Source: Candidatus Multivorans sp. (GTDB lineage Bacteria; Acidobacteriota; Thermoanaerobaculia; Multivoradales; Multivoraceae). Taken from it: a stretch of 64,000 nt of DNA. Shown here piece by piece: positions 61,032-64,000 of this stretch. The position numbers and the translations under genes are program-made. The stretch is taken from positions 4,896,001 through 4,960,000 of the forward strand of contig OZ245033.1 of NCBI GenBank assembly GCA_965224025.1. The letters are read 5' to 3'. Under the pieces are notes generated by a model, which had not been told where the DNA came from, did no database searches, and worked only from the letters and a program-made list of their open reading frames with translations. Position 1 is the stretch's first letter. Each line of letters begins with the position of its first letter.

Positions 61032-62771
61032 CTACTCGCCGCCGCCCGCCGAGATCATCAGCACCGAGCCCTGACGGTGCTCGGCGTGACGCGAGGGAGC
61101 GTTGGAGTTCGTGGTCCAGGCGTTGCCCGCCTCGTCGAACTCGATCTCGCGGGTGTAGGTGACCTGCATCGGCATCCGGTACTCGACGAACTTCTCCGTC
61201 TTCGGGTCGAAGCGGAGCATCGAGTCGGAGCCGGTGCCGGTGATCCAGATCTCGCCGTTGGTCGGGTTGATGTTCAGCGCGTACGGCAACGAGTTCGGGC
61301 CGTGCGGCAGGTCGTAGACCTTCCACTCTTCCGTTTCCTCGTTGAACGACGCGATGTCGCCGGAAGCCCAGCCCGGCACCCAGACGATGCCGTCGGGGGC
61401 CACGTGCAGGCGGCGTGGACCGTGCACCGGCGGCTTCCACTCGACGATCTGCTCGGGATCGCCGGCATCAAGTTCCGGACGGATGCGACCGACCCGCTGG
61501 CCATTCAACTTGGTGTAGAAGACGTGGCCGTTCGGCGCCACGTCGATGCCGTACGGGGTCACGCCGCGCGACTCGCCGCGGGCGCCGCCGCCGCGGACCT
61601 GGTCGGCCGACGGCAGCTTGTACTCGGTGACTTCCCAGCGCTTGCCGTCCCAGGTCTCGGGATCGAGCGAGAGAACACCGACGCCGCTCGGGCTGCCGGC
61701 GTCGGTCCACCAGAGAATGCCGTTGGGCGCGAAACGGAGGGTGTGCGGATAGCCGCCGCGCGGGCGCGGTGCGGCGCGGCCGGGGCCGACCCGCCATTCC
61801 TTCGTCTCGACATCGAACTCGGCCATCCGGCCCGAGTAGGCCAGGGTGGCCCACATGTTGCCGTCCTCGGCCTTCTCGATCGAGTGGATGCCGGTCGTGA
61901 TGCTGGACGGCGACAGGTAGTCCTTGCCGCCGGGCACCGTGTAGAAGGCGCGCTCCCCGGTTGCCGGATCGAGGGTCTCGATCACGTCCTGGGCCATGTC
62001 GACCGTGTAGACGAGGCCGTCGTCGCCCAGTTCGAGGTCGTGGATCACGGCGCCGGACTGGTCGCCCATCAGCCACTCGCGAACTTCGCCCTTGAGGGCC
62101 TCGCCCTTGGGCGCTTCCGGCGGCACGAAGTCCGGCCAGTCTTCCTCGGCCTCACGGCCGTAGACGCTGACGATCTTGTCGACCAGGCCGTCCTGGGTGT
62201 GCTTGTACAGGCCCTGGAAGCCGTCCATCCGGGTGAGCATGACCTCCCAGTCCACCGGCTCCTCGGGCGAACGGAAACCGACGGTCCCGACCTGGTGGCA
62301 GTAGGCGCACATCATCCTGAAATTCAGAGCGTCCTTGTCGTCTTCCCACTCCAGCATGTTCATCAGGTCGTGGCCGGGGCGCTGCGACTGCAGGGCCCAA
62401 CCTTCGGCCTTGCGCAGGCGAACCTGGATAGGAGTCGGCTCGGTGGTCTCCTTGAGATCCTTCCACTCGTCGAGCCAACCCATCAGGCGGACACGGAGCT
62501 TGTACTTGCCGGCGGGAACGGCCGGTAGCTTGTAAGCGCCGTCCGGCTGGCTGTAGACCGAGATGCTCCGCTGTTCGTCGGTCGAGAACAGCGACACGGT
62601 GGCGCCGCGGACCGGCTGGCCGTCGTTGCCGACGATGGCGCCGGTGTAGACGGTGAGCGGCGCGTCGAGCGCGTTGTTCGGTGCAGCCGCGGCAGTCGCC
62701 GAAGCGGCGAGCGCGAGGACTGCGAAGCTGGCGAGCGTGACCAGCGCCTTTGACGGACTGGGTCGAGACAT
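61032..62771 (-). CDS. Periplasmic protein: carboxypeptidase-regulatory-like domain + c-type heme motif + Vgb-like beta-propeller
   Basis: Signal peptide; CAYCH (CxxCH); repeated blades PYGIDVAPNGHVFYT, GPRRLHVAPDGIVWV, LRFDPKTEKFVEY. Confidence 0.82.
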   Translation of the reverse strand: MSRPSPSKALVTLASFAVLALAASATAAAAPNNALDAPLTVYTGAIVGNDGQPVRGATVSLFSTDEQRSISVYSQPDGAYKLPAVPAGKYKLRVRLMGWLDEWKDLKETTEPTPIQVRLRKAEGWALQSQRPGHDLMNMLEWEDDKDALNFRMMCAYCHQVGTVGFRSPEEPVDWEVMLTRMDGFQGLYKHTQDGLVDKIVSVYGREAEEDWPDFVPPEAPKGEALKGEVREWLMGDQSGAVIHDLELGDDGLVYTVDMAQDVIETLDPATGERAFYTVPGGKDYLSPSSITTGIHSIEKAEDGNMWATLAYSGRMAEFDVETKEWRVGPGRAAPRPRGGYPHTLRFAPNGILWWTDAGSPSGVGVLSLDPETWDGKRWEVTEYKLPSADQVRGGGARGESRGVTPYGIDVAPNGHVFYTKLNGQRVGRIRPELDAGDPEQIVEWKPPVHGPRRLHVAPDGIVWVPGWASGDIASFNEETEEWKVYDLPHGPNSLPYALNINPTNGEIWITGTGSDSMLRFDPKTEKFVEYRMPMQVTYTREIEFDEAGNAWTTNSNAPSRHAEHRQGSVLMISAGGGE

Positions 62772-62889
62772 GGGATCTCCTGGGCCTGCTAGGGGGTATC
62801 TTGGGGTATATCTGGATTGGGACTATACAGCAACACTTCAGCCCGTCAGCAATCTCCGCCGGCTCGCCCCCACGCGGTAACCTCCGCCG

Positions 62890-64000
62890 ATGCAGGAGCG
62901 ACCCGGGGCCGATCGCCTGGACCGTTTCGTCGCGAATCCGCGACGGGCGCTCTGGCTGCTGGCGATGCCGATCCTGATCGGCATGTCCATCCAGACGCTC
63001 TACATGATCGTCGACATGTTCTTCGTCGGCCGGGTGAGCCCGGAAGCGTTGACGGCCCTCGCCTTCAACATGCCGCTCGTGTTCCTGGCGATGGGCGTGA
63101 CCTTCGGCCTTGGCACCGGGATCACCGCGGTCATCGCGCAGGCGATCGGCGCGCGTGACCGCGTACGCGCCGACCGCGCGGCCGAACACGCCGTGCTGAT
63201 CGGCGCTTTGGTCGCCGCGCTGACGACCGGTTCCGCGCTCGGATTCGGCGTTCCCCTGCTCCACGCGCTCGGTGTCCCCGAGGATCTCGTGCCCCAGGCC
63301 TGGAGCTACTTCCGTGTGCTCGCCTGCGGCTACCCCTTCATGGTGCTGGCGGTCTTCTTCCGCTCGATTCTCTCCGGCGAGGGCAACGTGAAGACGCCGG
63401 TCATGATCCAGGGCGCGGCGACGCTGCTCAACATCGCGCTCGACCCCCTGTTCATCTTCACCTTCGGTATGGGCGTCGCCGGGGCGGCCCTGGCCACGAT
63501 CGTCAGTCAGGCAATCGCGGCTCTGGCCTTCATCTACCTCCTGTTCATCGCCAAGCTCTCGTACGTCCGATTCAACCTCCGGAACTTCCGCTACGACGCC
63601 GCAATCGCCCGCAGCATCTGCGTCATCGGCCTGCCGGCGTCGCTGTCCTTCCTGGTCATGTCGATGGGCGGCGGCGTGCTCAACCGCATCCTGGTCGAGC
63701 ACACGCCCGACGCCGTGGCCGCGCTCCAGATCGGCAGCCGCCTCGACCACGTCGTGATCCTTCCCCAGGTCGCCGTGGCCTCGGGTCTGGTCACCCTGGT
63801 CGGCATGTTCTACGGCGCCCGGCGGGGCGACCTGCTGCGCGGAATCGTCCGCTACGCGATGGCGCGGACGATCCTGCTCAGCCTCGCGATCGCCGCCGCC
63901 TTCTACGTGCTGGCTCCCGGGCTCGTCGCCTTTTTCACGGACAGCCCGGGCATCCGCGGCCTGGGCGTCGATTACCTGCGGGTGGTCGTGTTCGCCTACC
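62890..64000 (+). CDS. MATE family efflux transporter (runs off window)
   Basis: ATG 62890; LAMPILIGMSIQTLYMIVDMFFVGRV, GEGNVKTP, LNIALDPLFIFTFGMGVAGAALAT. Confidence 0.92.
   Translation, partial: MQERPGADRLDRFVANPRRALWLLAMPILIGMSIQTLYMIVDMFFVGRVSPEALTALAFNMPLVFLAMGVTFGLGTGITAVIAQAIGARDRVRADRAAEHAVLIGALVAALTTGSALGFGVPLLHALGVPEDLVPQAWSYFRVLACGYPFMVLAVFFRSILSGEGNVKTPVMIQGAATLLNIALDPLFIFTFGMGVAGAALATIVSQAIAALAFIYLLFIAKLSYVRFNLRNFRYDAAIARSICVIGLPASLSFLVMSMGGGVLNRILVEHTPDAVAALQIGSRLDHVVILPQVAVASGLVTLVGMFYGARRGDLLRGIVRYAMARTILLSLAIAAAFYVLAPGLVAFFTDSPGIRGLGVDYLRVVVFAY

Noticed and set aside
62152-63750. 532-aa minus-strand ORF
   Set aside because: Shadow of the MATE gene and an off-frame overlap with the Vgb-like gene

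Overview
High-GC bacterial DNA, most consistent with an Acidobacteriota (Thermoanaerobaculia-like) genome, possibly a host/sponge-associated one. This is inferred from the Oar-type TonB receptor, the 'LCL..GRF.V...W' C-terminal domains, the sulfatases and the Calx-beta adhesin. Layout: (1) 0.3-6.3 kb, TonB receptor / sulfatase / TetR / FGE cluster; (2) 6.3-46.5 kb, two diverged tandem copies of a seven-gene block (MFS, ABC permease, ABC ATPase, MBL hydrolase, SDR1, SDR2, class-III aminotransferase) that have decayed reciprocally, each copy carrying a different insertion; (3) the insertion in the second copy (about 18.6-43.5 kb) is a two-gene module: a membrane-anchored LytTR regulator and a 7,728-aa Calx-beta adhesin with about 20 near-identical 672-bp repeats, an apparently enlarged (about 18-strand) autotransporter-like barrel and an extra C-terminal SPOR domain, both genes preceded by the same ~85-bp element; (4) 46.6-56.6 kb, secreted/envelope proteins, including a small Cys-rich lipoprotein interrupted by an in-frame UGA followed by a SECIS-like hairpin; (5) 56.6-60.5 kb, toxin-antitoxin/defence hotspot (HipBA-like, Phd-VapC, remnants); (6) a heme-c/Vgb-propeller protein and a partial MATE transporter. 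Many genes are 'telescoped' by internal deletions. No rRNA, tRNA, CRISPR array, integrase or transposase was recognised. All family assignments are by eye from motifs; no searches were run.
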